64,000 bases of DNA from an uncultured bacterium (GCA_949300485.1 CASGEL010000005.1:88453-152452), one strand, 5' to 3'. Shown: positions 30,448-40,800, numbered from the stretch's first letter. The notes: generated by a model from the sequence alone, not told the origin. A program made the numbers and translations.

Positions 30448-31692
30448 TTATATTGTAGTAATATACTGTTCAATTTCTTCTTCTGTATTCATTTCTGTTG
30501 CGGCAACAAGGATTTTGTTTTTATTAATTTTTATTCCGCCTAAGATGTTATTATTTCTTAGTTTTGTAAGAAATTCATCTGCATCATTAACTTCTATTGT
30601 AAATTCATTGAAAAAGTTTTTATTAAGAATTTTTATACCTTTTTCTTTTAATTTATCAGCTAAAAGGTGAGCATTTTTAGTTGATAAATAGCCGGCTTGT
30701 TTAAAGCCTTTTTCGCCAAGAACTGATAAATATAAAGTAGAACACAGTGCAATAAGAGCCTGGTTAGAGCAAATATTACTTGTAGCCTTTTCTCTTTTTA
30801 TGTGCTGTTCTCTTGTTTGTATTGTAAGACAAAAAGCTTGATTTCCACCTTTATCAACTGTTCTACCTGCAAGTCTTCCAGGAAGTTGTCGCATATATTT
30901 TTCTTTACAAGCCATATAGCCTGCAGTCGGGCCGCCAAAGTTCATTGGTATCCCAAGAGTTTGAATATCTCCGACAGCTATATCCGCATCAAATTCACCT
31001 GGTGTTTTTAGATATGCCAGAGTTGACGGATCGCAGCAGATTACGGATAAACATTCACCTTTTTGTGGTTGAATAATTTCTCCGAAATAATTCGGGGTTT
31101 GCACCAGTGTGCAGGCATAATCTTTTGTTTCATTTGGAATTTCATCAACCCAGTCAACTTGAATTGATTGGGCATTAGTATATGTTGTTATAACTTTTTT
31201 ATATTCAGGGTTTATTGAATTTAGTACACAAGCTTTGTATTTTTTAGTTATTCTGCAAGCCATTAATATTGCTTCTGCACAAGCTGTTCCGCCATCATAC
31301 ACTGTAGCGTTTGCAATATCCATGCCTGTCAGGTTACAAATCATTGTTTGAAATTCATACATAACCTGGAGTGTTCCCTGGGATATTTCAGGCTGATAGG
31401 GAGTGTATGCTGTATTAAATTCAAAACGGTTGGCTACTTGAGAAATACAAGCCGGTATGAATTTGTTATAAATACCTCCTCCAAGAAAACTGATATAGTC
31501 TGTTTTGTTTTCTTTTGCCAGGTTTTTTATAATCCGCTGAGTTTCTAGTTCACTCAAACCTTCAGGTAAATCTAATCCGCTGGATCTTACATCTTGAGGA
31601 ATTTGTTTAAACAAATCTTCTGCTTGTTTTATTCCTATGCTTTCGCACATTTCTTTTATTGTATTTTCGTTGTGTACTAAAAAATTTTTCAT
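30448..31692 (-). CDS. gcvPA: Glycine dehydrogenase (decarboxylating) subunit 1
   Basis: Start set at M19 of the track ORF, 1 nt after the gcvH stop. YTPYQPEISQGTLQ and GGPTAGYMACK motifs. Confidence 0.9.
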   Translation of the reverse strand: MKNFLVHNENTIKEMCESIGIKQAEDLFKQIPQDVRSSGLDLPEGLSELETQRIIKNLAKENKTDYISFLGGGIYNKFIPACISQVANRFEFNTAYTPYQPEISQGTLQVMYEFQTMICNLTGMDIANATVYDGGTACAEAILMACRITKKYKACVLNSINPEYKKVITTYTNAQSIQVDWVDEIPNETKDYACTLVQTPNYFGEIIQPQKGECLSVICCDPSTLAYLKTPGEFDADIAVGDIQTLGIPMNFGGPTAGYMACKEKYMRQLPGRLAGRTVDKGGNQAFCLTIQTREQHIKREKATSNICSNQALIALCSTLYLSVLGEKGFKQAGYLSTKNAHLLADKLKEKGIKILNKNFFNEFTIEVNDADEFLTKLRNNNILGGIKINKNKILVAATEMNTEEEIEQYITTI

Positions 31693-31693
31693 A

Positions 31694-32074
31694 TTATTCC
31701 AATTCTTCTTTGTAATCTGAGTATGACAATAAATCAGCAAGTTCATCTTCGCCTGCTGTATGTTTAACTTTTATAAGCCAGCCATTTTCGTAGCAGTCTT
31801 CATTTAGCATTTCTGGCGAATCTATCAGTTTTTCATTTATTTCAGTAACTTTGCCACTGATTGGCATATAAATTTCAGATGCAGCCTTAACTGATTCAAT
31901 ATTAGCAAAGGTGTCTCCTTTGGAAAATTCATCATCGACTGATGGAAGTTCTAGGAAAACGATATCTCCTAACTGTTCAATTGCATAATCAGTAAGACCT
32001 ATAGTATAAGTATCTCCCTGTTGTAATAAGTATTCATGGGATTTTGTACATAAAATATCATCAGTAAAACTCAT
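31694..32074 (-). CDS. gcvH: Glycine cleavage system H protein
   Basis: IESVKAASEIYMPISGKV lipoyl-lysine motif. 126 aa. Confidence 0.95.
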   Translation of the reverse strand: MSFTDDILCTKSHEYLLQQGDTYTIGLTDYAIEQLGDIVFLELPSVDDEFSKGDTFANIESVKAASEIYMPISGKVTEINEKLIDSPEMLNEDCYENGWLIKVKHTAGEDELADLLSYSDYKEELE

Positions 32075-32105
32075 TATATTCTCCTTTTCATACCTTATTT
32101 ATATT

Positions 32106-33209
32106 TTATTTGACTTTATTTCGTTTTTCTATAAACGGGCGTTTTACAACTTTTGCGTCGTGTAATTTTTCTCTTATCATAACCTGAATAGTAGAACCTA
32201 TGCAAATATCTTTTGTGTTATTAACATATGCAAGTGCAATATTTTTACCGGTAGATGGTGAAACCCCACCGCTTGTGATTACACCGGCTTTTTCTCCGTT
32301 AAAATAGATTTCATAACCATGTCGTGCAATGTTACGGTCAAGCATTTCAAGTCCTATGAGTTTCTTTTCCGTTCCGATTTGTAGCTGCTCCATTATAATT
32401 TCTTTACCGTTGTAATCTGCTTTTTTATCTTTTGGTATAGACCATGATAGACCTGCTTCCACAGGTGTTGTATTCTCATCCAGATCGTTTCCGTATAAAT
32501 GTAAAGCAGCTTCAAGCCTTAATGTATCCCTGGCGCCAAGTCCAATCGGTTTTATGCCGAATTCTTGTCCCTGCTCCAGTATTTTATCCCATAAAAATTC
32601 AGAATATTCGTTTTCTACAAGCAGTTCAAATCCGTCTTCTCCGGTGTATCCGGTTCTAGAAATAAGAAGTTTTATCCCTTCTATAATGGCCGGTTTTATT
32701 GTAAAGGATACCTGATGTTCAAGATTATAACCCATTTCCCTGACAAGATCGATTGCTTTTGGCCCTTGTATTGCTAAAAGTGAATAGTTATGTGAAAGGT
32801 TGTCAATTTTTACATCCATTCCTCTTTTGTTTCTTACCATCCAGTTTAAGTCTTCATCAAGTCTTGAGGCATTACAGATTACAAGGTAATGATTGATGCC
32901 TAATTTATAAATAATTAAATCGTCTATTAAACCGCCGTTTTTATTTGGTAATTGGCAGTAAACAGCTTTTTCATAGGCCAGTTTTTCTATATCTTGCGGA
33001 ACTATTTTATTTAAAAATGCGGTTGCATCTTTTCCGGAAACAAATACTTCTCCCATATGCGACACATCAAATAATCCGACAGCTTCTCTTACTGTTTTAT
33101 GTTCTTCTATAATTGATGAGTACTGTACAGGCATGTGCCATCCAGCAAAATCAACCATTTTAGCTCCGAGTGCAACATGTTTGTCATGCAAATAAGTCTC
33201 TTTTACCAT
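32106..33209 (-). CDS. gcvT: Glycine cleavage system aminomethyltransferase T
   Basis: Start set at the ATG after GGTGGGGGA. AGWHMPVQY, FDVSHMGE, RTGYTGEDGFE, GLGARDTLRLEA. Confidence 0.95.
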   Translation of the reverse strand: MVKETYLHDKHVALGAKMVDFAGWHMPVQYSSIIEEHKTVREAVGLFDVSHMGEVFVSGKDATAFLNKIVPQDIEKLAYEKAVYCQLPNKNGGLIDDLIIYKLGINHYLVICNASRLDEDLNWMVRNKRGMDVKIDNLSHNYSLLAIQGPKAIDLVREMGYNLEHQVSFTIKPAIIEGIKLLISRTGYTGEDGFELLVENEYSEFLWDKILEQGQEFGIKPIGLGARDTLRLEAALHLYGNDLDENTTPVEAGLSWSIPKDKKADYNGKEIIMEQLQIGTEKKLIGLEMLDRNIARHGYEIYFNGEKAGVITSGGVSPSTGKNIALAYVNNTKDICIGSTIQVMIREKLHDAKVVKRPFIEKRNKVK

Positions 33210-33429
33210 AATATCCCCCACCAAAATATATTCTATTTTTTCACCTAAATATGGGGTTTGTCAATAATATATTTAGATACTTTACATTATTTAAGCAGAG
33301 TAATAATTTAATGCAAGTAACTCATATTTTGAGTTGTTAAAACCCAATATGCACATCCGTATCCTGTTGAATCTTGCGGTATGTAGTGAGTCTTATATGG
33401 GTAATGTGAGTCAGGGGCGCCAAAAGGTC

Positions 33430-33978
33430 TTATACCCCCGTTTTCATAAGAAAAAACAAATAGATCTTTCCCCAGGTGTTTGGCGGAGTTACCCCGTTTG
33501 TGTCAACAAAGAATTCTATATATGTGCCGCTTAGTCTTTCGTTTTGATCTGTTGCTTTCCACCAGACAGCCGTTCCGTTAAGCAGTACTATTTTATAATA
33601 TCTGTTATCTGTTGCATAGTTTATATCGTGCTTTTGTCCGTTTTTTCGTAAATATGTTTTTTTGATACAGTAATTGTTGGAGTCAGATACTCCGCAATCT
33701 GTTGCAATTTTAAGGGAATATTTTAATTTTTCTGCAATATCTTCTGCTCCTTTTGCGGACCAGTATTCTGTTGTCCAGCTTGAGGCATCACCGTATTCAT
33801 CTTCACTCATTCTTATTGCCTGCGCAATTATAGATTGTGTTTCTTTTAATTGGTTTACAGTTCTTTTTTCATAGTATCTTGTCATAAGATTGGGGATAGT
33901 CATAGCCGCAACAATTCCTATAATACCAAGAGTTATAAGAACTTCGGCAAGAGTGAATGCTTGTTGTGATATTTTCAT
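33430..33978 (-). CDS. Prepilin-type N-terminal cleavage/methylation domain protein (type IV pilin or pseudopilin-like)
   Basis: MKISQQAFTLAEVLITLGIIGIVAAMTIPNL is a class III signal with Glu at +5. Confidence 0.8.
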   Translation of the reverse strand: MKISQQAFTLAEVLITLGIIGIVAAMTIPNLMTRYYEKRTVNQLKETQSIIAQAIRMSEDEYGDASSWTTEYWSAKGAEDIAEKLKYSLKIATDCGVSDSNNYCIKKTYLRKNGQKHDINYATDNRYYKIVLLNGTAVWWKATDQNERLSGTYIEFFVDTNGVTPPNTWGKIYLFFLMKTGV

Positions 33979-34039
33979 ATTGCCCCTTCATATAATCTAC
34001 TTAGTGTCAAGAATTATAAAAGTAATCTAAAATATTTAT

Positions 34040-34279
34040 ATGGGGATAAAAATAGATATAGATTATAAAACAGACTTAAATGAGGTAGTTCGGCTGTTAT
34101 TATATAGAAACAAAATTACAATTGCAGAACTTGAAAGAAGGATGTCTGAATTGTCAGGCAAACAATATACAAGATTTAATCTTCGTGCAAAGCTGCAAAA
34201 TAACAGAGTAAAATTTAATGAAGCTGTTTTAATATTTGATATTCTTGGGTATAAAATTGATTTAAAAGAGTTAGGTTAA
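34040..34279 (+). CDS. Small hypothetical protein, possible XRE-like HTH
   Basis: 79 aa. ITIAELERRMSELSGKQYTRFNL resembles a helix-turn-helix. Divergent from the pilin-like gene. Confidence 0.4.
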   Translation: MGIKIDIDYKTDLNEVVRLLLYRNKITIAELERRMSELSGKQYTRFNLRAKLQNNRVKFNEAVLIFDILGYKIDLKELG

Positions 34280-34299
34280 TTTTTGTATGTCATAATAAA

Positions 34300-34329
34300 A
34301 CCGATAAATTGAAATTTCAATTTATCGGT
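34300..34329. terminator. Perfect palindromic hairpin between convergent genes (mainly terminates the minus-strand DnaJ-like gene)
   Basis: accgataaattgaaa / tttcaatttatcggt. A-run on the left flank gives a U-run for the minus-strand transcript. Confidence 0.7.
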
Positions 34330-34347
34330 AATTTCGGAGTTTGGTAA

Positions 34348-35421
34348 TTATAATAATTGTTTATATAAATCAATTTGTTTTTGGGTTAATTTTGCAGGAA
34401 GTACTATTTTTATTTTTGCGTTAAGGTTTCCGTAGCCTCCTGATTTTTTAGGTAGTCCCAGATTTTTCAGCCTTAGCGTTTTCCCGCTTGAGGTCATAGG
34501 CGGAATTTTTATACCTATAGTTCCATGCAGAGTTTCTATATCTTTTTTGCAACCTAAGACAGCTTCTGGTGGAGTTATTTCAACCTCTTTTGTTAAATCT
34601 GAGCCTTTTATTTCGTATTCCGGATCTTTAGGAGTTATAATTAAGTATAAATCTCCTTTTTGACCGTAGGCATCAGTCTTTCCTTCTCCTTTTAGCCTTA
34701 CTTTTTGACCTTCTTTGATTTCTTTCGGAAGTTTTACTTTTATGGATTTATTTTCGTTTATAATTCCTGTTCCTCCGCAGGCGCTGCAATATCCTCCGCC
34801 TCCAGGACACTGTGTACATTTTCTCATATCATTGAATTTAACTGTAATTGGGGTGTCTGAGAATAAGTCTTTAGCTGTAACATTTAATGTTTTTGTAACA
34901 TCTAAATCTTCTGTTTTTCTGCTTGTGGATGAAGTTCTTGAGGCTTTTGGGTTTGTATAAGCTTGTCTAGTATAGGCTTGTTGACCTATATCTCCAAAAT
35001 CCCCAAAATCAAATCCTGAAAATCCGCTGCGTGAGGTTCTGCCTGATGCTCCGGCACCCATCATATCACCGAACAAAGAACTGAAAAAGTCAGAAAATCC
35101 GCCCATATCTTGTCCGTTAAAGTTGAATTGATATGTGCCGCCTTGGCCTCCGCCAAAGTTAAAATGTTCAAATCCAGGAGGCGGTGTATAATCTGCTCCT
35201 CCTTGCCAGCCAGAACCTAAACTGTCATATCTTTGACGTTTTTGTTTGTCGCCTAAGACTTCGTATGCTTCATTTATTTCTTTGAATTTTTCTTCTGCTT
35301 CCTTGGTTTTATTAACATCCGGATGGTATTTGCGTGCAAGTTTTCTGTAGGCTGATTTGATTTCAGCTTCTGTTGCTTCTCGTTTTACACCCAGAATTTC
35401 ATAGTAATCTTTGTACTTCAT
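34348..35421 (-). CDS. DnaJ-class J-domain chaperone with a reduced zinc-finger region
   Basis: YYEILGV...KYHPDVNK J-domain and a G/F-rich linker. Only two adjacent CxxCxGxG motifs ([16 protein letters not shown]). DnaJ C-terminal domains are present. Confidence 0.85.
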   Translation of the reverse strand: MKYKDYYEILGVKREATEAEIKSAYRKLARKYHPDVNKTKEAEEKFKEINEAYEVLGDKQKRQRYDSLGSGWQGGADYTPPPGFEHFNFGGGQGGTYQFNFNGQDMGGFSDFFSSLFGDMMGAGASGRTSRSGFSGFDFGDFGDIGQQAYTRQAYTNPKASRTSSTSRKTEDLDVTKTLNVTAKDLFSDTPITVKFNDMRKCTQCPGGGGYCSACGGTGIINENKSIKVKLPKEIKEGQKVRLKGEGKTDAYGQKGDLYLIITPKDPEYEIKGSDLTKEVEITPPEAVLGCKKDIETLHGTIGIKIPPMTSSGKTLRLKNLGLPKKSGGYGNLNAKIKIVLPAKLTQKQIDLYKQLL

Positions 35422-35430
35422 AATAATAAA

Positions 35431-35471
35431 ATCTCCTATTCTAATGATAATATAAAATAGGAGATTTTTTT
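35431..35471 (-). terminator. Hairpin downstream of 35502-35912
   Basis: atctcctatt / aataggagat, a 10-bp stem with a 15-nt loop. Both flanks are T/A-rich. Confidence 0.55.
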
Positions 35472-35501
35472 GATTTTTTAATTATTTCTTAATTATATTA
35501 T

Positions 35502-35912
35502 TTATAATGCTGAAAGTTTTTGGGACATTTCAGATATATCTTTTTTAATATTATTTAGGGTGTTATTGTTGTTTAAATATTCAAGAATTTCTTTTCTGTT
35601 TCCCATAGCAAGCGGTCTTTTGATTTCTGTTGCCATAGCAGGATGAAGAAGGGATATTTCTATCATATGTTGGGCTTTATTTGTTTCATCTTGAGAAATA
35701 GTCAATGCTGCACCTTTATACGGTAACTTTTTATTCTTTGAATATAGCCCTTCATTTATCGGTCTGTAATAATGCGTGTCAGAAATTTCAAATTCTGCAC
35801 GAGATTTTATTTTATGCAACAATGATTCTAAGTCTTGAATGTTATCCATATACTTTTTATTAATTTTGTTAGTTGTACGTTTTAAAATGCTTACTTGATT
35901 AAATCTTATCAT
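35502..35912 (-). CDS. Hypothetical 136-aa protein, operon partner of the RelA/SpoT-like gene
   Basis: GAGG RBS. Starts 18 nt after the stop of 35930-37387. No recognised motif. Confidence 0.6.
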   Translation of the reverse strand: MIRFNQVSILKRTTNKINKKYMDNIQDLESLLHKIKSRAEFEISDTHYYRPINEGLYSKNKKLPYKGAALTISQDETNKAQHMIEISLLHPAMATEIKRPLAMGNRKEILEYLNNNNTLNNIKKDISEMSQKLSAL

Positions 35913-35929
35913 ATTTACCTCTATTATGT

Positions 35930-37387
35930 CTACATTGTATAATCTATACTTGAGTTTTCATATTCTATGTGCGGTACAAATGTTTCCATTTTTTTTGCCT
36001 GGTCGGCTTCATTTAAATCATGGAGTCTTTTCATATTTTCTTCTGATAGAATTTTATCAAATTTTTCCGGAAGCTGAGGTTTTGTTCTTTTTATTCCTAG
36101 CTCTAAATCCCTGTAATAATCATAGCAGTCGCTTTTGTATTTATCATAGTCAGGCATATCTTTTTTGGGAGATTTTTGGATTGCAGTTTTAAAATCGTCA
36201 AAAATTTCGCCAAGAGTATTTTTCTCAAGAGTTGCATCGTATGCAATATGTTCATATTCTGCAAACTGTCCGGAACCTCTTATTTGAATTTCGGCCAAAG
36301 AGCCGTCACTTAGAACTGCATTTATTTGAGCTGTCGTGTAACCTGATTTTTTTATCGCATCTTGTGCAGTTTGCGGTAATTCATTAATACCGTATTTTGA
36401 AAAATCAATATCTTCAGAGCAGGTAATTATATCAAATTTTTGACCTGTGGCTAATTGCATTTTTTCAAATTCGCGAATTTGTCTGTCAGAAAAATATGCA
36501 ACTCCGTCTTTCCCTTTATAATTGTTGATTTCTGTCATTCTAAGCGGTTTTATCTTTGGATTGGCTTTTAATTCTTCAAGAATATCTTTTCGAATTCCTG
36601 CTTTTTCTAATTTTTCCAATGTAGTCATATTGTTATCCAAAGCATATTTCATATTTGATAGTAGAAATTTTCTTACGACAGGATCGGATTGTTTTTCTGC
36701 CAGAGCTATTTTTATAGGTTTGGCCAGTTTTTTTGCCGCTTCTAATTCAATATCAGTCAGTTTTTCATTGTTAAACAATCTTTGGACAAGTGTTTTTTCT
36801 GATTGTGTCAGAGGTTTGCCTTCGATTTTAATTGTATTTAAAGTTTCAATTATATCTTTTGTTGTTAAGTCTTTTAACTGAATTCTGCCCCCTATTGCAT
36901 CCTGAATTATCTGTCTTGCATCTTCATCTGTTTTTATAGTTTTATTTAATTTCGGAATCATTCTTTCTAATTTTGAGAATACGGAATTTGCTCCTTTTGT
37001 TCGTACAGAAACTTCAAATCCGTTAAAAACTTCTGATAATTCTTTTCGTGCAGATTCTTCAACAGCTTTATATCTGTTTGCCAATCGCACAGATATGTTC
37101 CCCAGCTCGCCTAATTGAACAGGATTTTTGGCCTGTAACTGTTTTCCGTCTATTGGTATAAACGGTCTATCCATATGCATTGTTTCAGGTCTTATTGGCA
37201 TTGTAATATCAGGTTTTATCCTGTATTGAACCACACCTGTATCTCCGATTTTGAAAACTTCTTTCCCGTTTGGAGTGAATGATAATAATGCCTTAGCTTC
37301 TGTTTTTATCGGATTGCTGGCAGCTTTTACAGAATCTGCAGTAATTAATCTTCCTGCGGTTTTAATAATTTTAGGAAGTAGTCCCAT
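35930..37387 (-). CDS. RelA/SpoT-homolog synthetase-like nucleotide pyrophosphokinase (SAS-type, no HD hydrolase domain) with a large insertion
   Basis: R129-x-K-x3-S-x3-K (VRTKGANSVFSKL), D163-x2-G-x-R (DAIGGRI), GY at 349-350, EIQIRG at 366-371, EYEHIAYD. About 180 aa lie between the DxxGxR and GY/EIQIR motifs. Confidence 0.6.
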   Translation of the reverse strand: MGLLPKIIKTAGRLITADSVKAASNPIKTEAKALLSFTPNGKEVFKIGDTGVVQYRIKPDITMPIRPETMHMDRPFIPIDGKQLQAKNPVQLGELGNISVRLANRYKAVEESARKELSEVFNGFEVSVRTKGANSVFSKLERMIPKLNKTIKTDEDARQIIQDAIGGRIQLKDLTTKDIIETLNTIKIEGKPLTQSEKTLVQRLFNNEKLTDIELEAAKKLAKPIKIALAEKQSDPVVRKFLLSNMKYALDNNMTTLEKLEKAGIRKDILEELKANPKIKPLRMTEINNYKGKDGVAYFSDRQIREFEKMQLATGQKFDIITCSEDIDFSKYGINELPQTAQDAIKKSGYTTAQINAVLSDGSLAEIQIRGSGQFAEYEHIAYDATLEKNTLGEIFDDFKTAIQKSPKKDMPDYDKYKSDCYDYYRDLELGIKRTKPQLPEKFDKILSEENMKRLHDLNEADQAKKMETFVPHIEYENSSIDYTM

Positions 37388-37460
37388 ATTTTTCCTTTTT
37401 CTTAATTTCCCCTATATTTTAATAAAGGTTAAATTTTTTGAAAAAGTGCTAAAATAAAAA

Positions 37461-37488
37461 AAGATATTACATTTTTGTAATATCTTTT
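37461..37488 (-). terminator. Rho-independent terminator of the small wHTH gene
   Basis: aaagatattaca tttt tgtaatatcttt. Followed on the minus-strand RNA by UUUUAUUUUA. Confidence 0.7.
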
Positions 37489-37519
37489 TACCAATTATAA
37501 GTTATATTCAACTATAATC

Positions 37520-37744
37520 TTATTTTAAGCTTACTTTAACAGCAGGTCCTTTTTGAGAAATTTCAACTTTGTTTTCTCTAGCTAACCAGCCTAAACCTAA
37601 ATCTGCAAAGTTGCCTTTTAGATCTAATTCTTTTTTCATTTTAGCAAAAGAAGTTGTACCGTTAGTGTGTAGGTAGTTGTAGATTTCTCCTGCTGAAAAT
37701 CCGATTTGTTCTTCTAAAGTTAAGTTTGATTTTTTTGTTGCCAT
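37520..37744 (-). CDS. Small winged-helix protein (DUF2582-like)
   Basis: Start set at the ATG after GGAGGG (M25 of the track ORF). 74 aa, with LTLEEQIGFSAGEIYNYL...LGWLARENKV. Confidence 0.6.
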   Translation of the reverse strand: MATKKSNLTLEEQIGFSAGEIYNYLHTNGTTSFAKMKKELDLKGNFADLGLGWLARENKVEISQKGPAVKVSLK

Positions 37745-37890
37745 GATCTTTTTCCCTCCGTTGATTGATTGTTTGTATGACACTTTTTTATTTTCGATAT
37801 TCAAATGATAGTGCATTTTTGAATATTAGACAATCATTTCAATAATGTAGTTTTGGCGAAATTTTATGATAAAATACGTTATAAGGAGTA

Positions 37891-40800
37891 TTGAATTTGT
37901 TAATTGACGGCAGCATAACCTCAAATAAAACAGAATTTTTGATTGAAAAATATTCTGAGCTTATAAACAATGGTGTTAAGACTTCTGAAATTTTGGTTAT
38001 AGTACAAAATTCTACTTTAAAAAATTCTTTTATAGATGAAGTTTTTAAGAAAATTGAAGTATCTTGTATTGAAAAATTGCAGGTCTATTCGTTCTACTCT
38101 CTTGTTTATAACGCAGTTTCGGATAATTGGGCTTTTTTAGAAGATAGAAATATTTTTGATAATCCTGTTATTTTACCTAATTTGGCCGGTTTAGAGGTTT
38201 CTCAGTTTATATTAAAAGATATCCTAAATGAAGTTAAATTCAGAGGATATAATTCGAGAATGTCATTATTACATCAAATTTTCAGAAGATATTCTCTGAT
38301 AGTTCAGAATAACCTTACTCAAAGTGACATAAATAAAAGGGCAGAAATTTTAAAGGAAGGATTTTCTGAGGATGCGAGTCTCGTAATTAAGAAGTTCTTG
38401 AAAAAAACGCTTGAATTAAGAGATTTTGACTATTTACGTCAGTGTCTAATGTTCAATTTTATATATAAAAATACTGATTATTTTAAAAATATTAAGTATT
38501 TACTTGTTGATGATGCTGATGAATGCACTCCTATTTGTATCGATTTTATTGAGTATTTATCAAAACAGCTAAAAGATGTTTATATTGCAGTAGATCCTTT
38601 AGGTTCAAGCAGGTGCGGTTATTTAAGTGCTGATAAAAATAATTTCGAAAAGCTAAAGAGTATATTTAAAAATTCTCAGATTATAAAACTTGAGGATTCG
38701 AGTTCGGTTGATGCTTTAAATCTTTATAAAAATTCCTGTTATGATGAAAATAATATCTTAAATATGTTTGAGTATGACTCTTATTCAAAACGTTCAAATA
38801 TGGCTGATGCAGCATTGGATAAAGTAATTAACCTTTTAAAAAACAAGGTGCTTCCTTGTGAAATTGCTGTTATATCTCCTGTTGTAGATGATATGCTGAA
38901 ATTTACACTGAGAGAAAATTTAAAAGCAAACGTCAACTTACTATATTTATCAGGGAGTGAAAAACTTATTCAAAACAGGCTTGTACAAGCTGCCATAACT
39001 GTTTTGAAATTAAATACCGAATTAAAAAATTCATTATCCGAGTTTGATATCAGAGTTATTTTGTCAGAATTTTTGCAAATCCCATTGAAATACTGTGCGG
39101 AGATTCTTTCAGAATTTAATACTTCTAAAGAACTTATTCCTTATGAATTTAAGGATGAAACTTATACAGAAAAATACTGCAAATTTTTAACGCTTGTTGA
39201 AAGATTAGCTGTTTCTGAAGAAAAGTTGTCTGAGCAAATTATTTTAATATATAAGGAACTATCTTCTTTGGGAGTAGTAAAATCTTCTGAGTTAAATAAA
39301 TTTAATTTCTTTGTAAAAGAAATTGTTGATTTTGAAAATATATTCGGACAAAATTTTAATCGCAGGAAATCCGAAATTATTTTGCAGATAGAAAATTCTA
39401 TTATTGCTGAAAATCCTTATTCAGTATTAGAAATTAAAAAAAATGATCTTGTTGTTTCAACTCCGCAAAAGATAATAGATAATCATATTAAAACAAAATA
39501 TCAAATTTGGCTTGATATATCAAGCTCAGAATGGATAAAATCTGATACGGGACCTTTATATAATGCTTGGGTTTTCCAAAAAGATTGGGATAAACCTGAT
39601 TATACTATTGAAGATAATATAAATTTATCAAAAGATAAAACCGCCAGAGTTTTAAGGAAACTTACCTTGTGTGCTTCAGATAAGATTTATTGTTATTCAA
39701 GTTTGTTTGATTCTAACGGTATTGAAAATTACGGCGGTATTGAACCTTATATTATTGTGCATTCTCAGGATGAAAAAAATAAAGAGGATGATAAGCCGCA
39801 ATTTAAAATTGTACCTCGTCCGGATCAAAAACCGGTTTTAGATTATAAAAACGGTTATATGGGAATTTCTGCAGTGCCTGGTGCTGGTAAAACAACTATA
39901 TTGCTTGCTTTAATTATCAATTTACTTGAAAGGGGAATAAATCCTGAAAATATTTTTGTTTTAACTTATATGGATTCAGCTGCAAGAAATTTTAGAGAAA
40001 GAATTAAAAACGTTCGCAAAAATTCTTCTAAACTTCCGAATATAAGTACAATCCATGGACTTGCATTACGAATATTGAAAGAAAACGGAAATTACGAGAA
40101 ACTGGGCTTATCTTCTGATTTTGAAATTTGTGATGATTCCCAAAGGGGCAGAATTTTGCGTGAAATTTCTTCTAAATTGAAAATAGAATCTAAAACTGCT
40201 GAAGAATTTGACAGAGCAGTTTCTGTTTTTAAAATTGGCGGAGGCAGTTTTGAGTCTTCAATTTCTGATATTAAATTGAAGAAGTTTAAAGCCTTTTATG
40301 ATGCGTATACAGATAACTTAAAAGAGTACAATCTAATTGACTATGATGATATGCTGACAGGCTCTGTAAAAATCTTGAAGGAAAATCCTGATATTTTGGC
40401 TCATTATCAAAATATTTGTGAGTATATTATCGAAGATGAGGCTCAAGATTCTTCTTCTGTTCAGCAGGAATTGATTTCTCTACTATCAGGAAAGCATAAA
40501 AATATTATAAGATGCGGAGATGTTAACCAATCAATCACAGCAACATTTTCAAATGCTGATGTTGATGGGTTTAGAAATTTCATTACGGAAAATAATAATG
40601 TTTCAATGAATTGTTCTCAGCGATGTACAAAAGATGTTTGGACGTTAGCAAATAAGTTGGTGGAAAAGGCTTCTTTAAATTCCGAGAGCAAGAATTCCTT
40701 TTTTAAAATGTATATGCAGCCTGTTGAGGGTAAAAATCCGCAAAGCATAAATGCTGTTACTCCGATGATTTTTGAGTCAGTTATTGATGAAAAAAATTAT

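Noticed and set aside
33210-33430. Possible glycine riboswitch in the gcvT leader, and the 66-aa ORF at 33334-33534.
   Set aside because: On the gcvT (minus) strand I could not find the conserved GGAGAG / CCGAAGG(A/G)GCAA / CTCAGGCAAAAGGAC elements. A weak CAGG..CAAAAGG resemblance is on the wrong strand. The ORF spans an intergenic region and the antisense of the pilin gene. A covariance-model scan would be needed to be sure.
36522-36881. 119-aa plus-strand ORF (and 35926-36192, 37251-37457) antisense to the RelA/SpoT-like gene.
   Set aside because: Shadow ORFs with Ser/Phe/Ile-rich composition. The minus-strand frame carries ordered catalytic motifs and an RBS.
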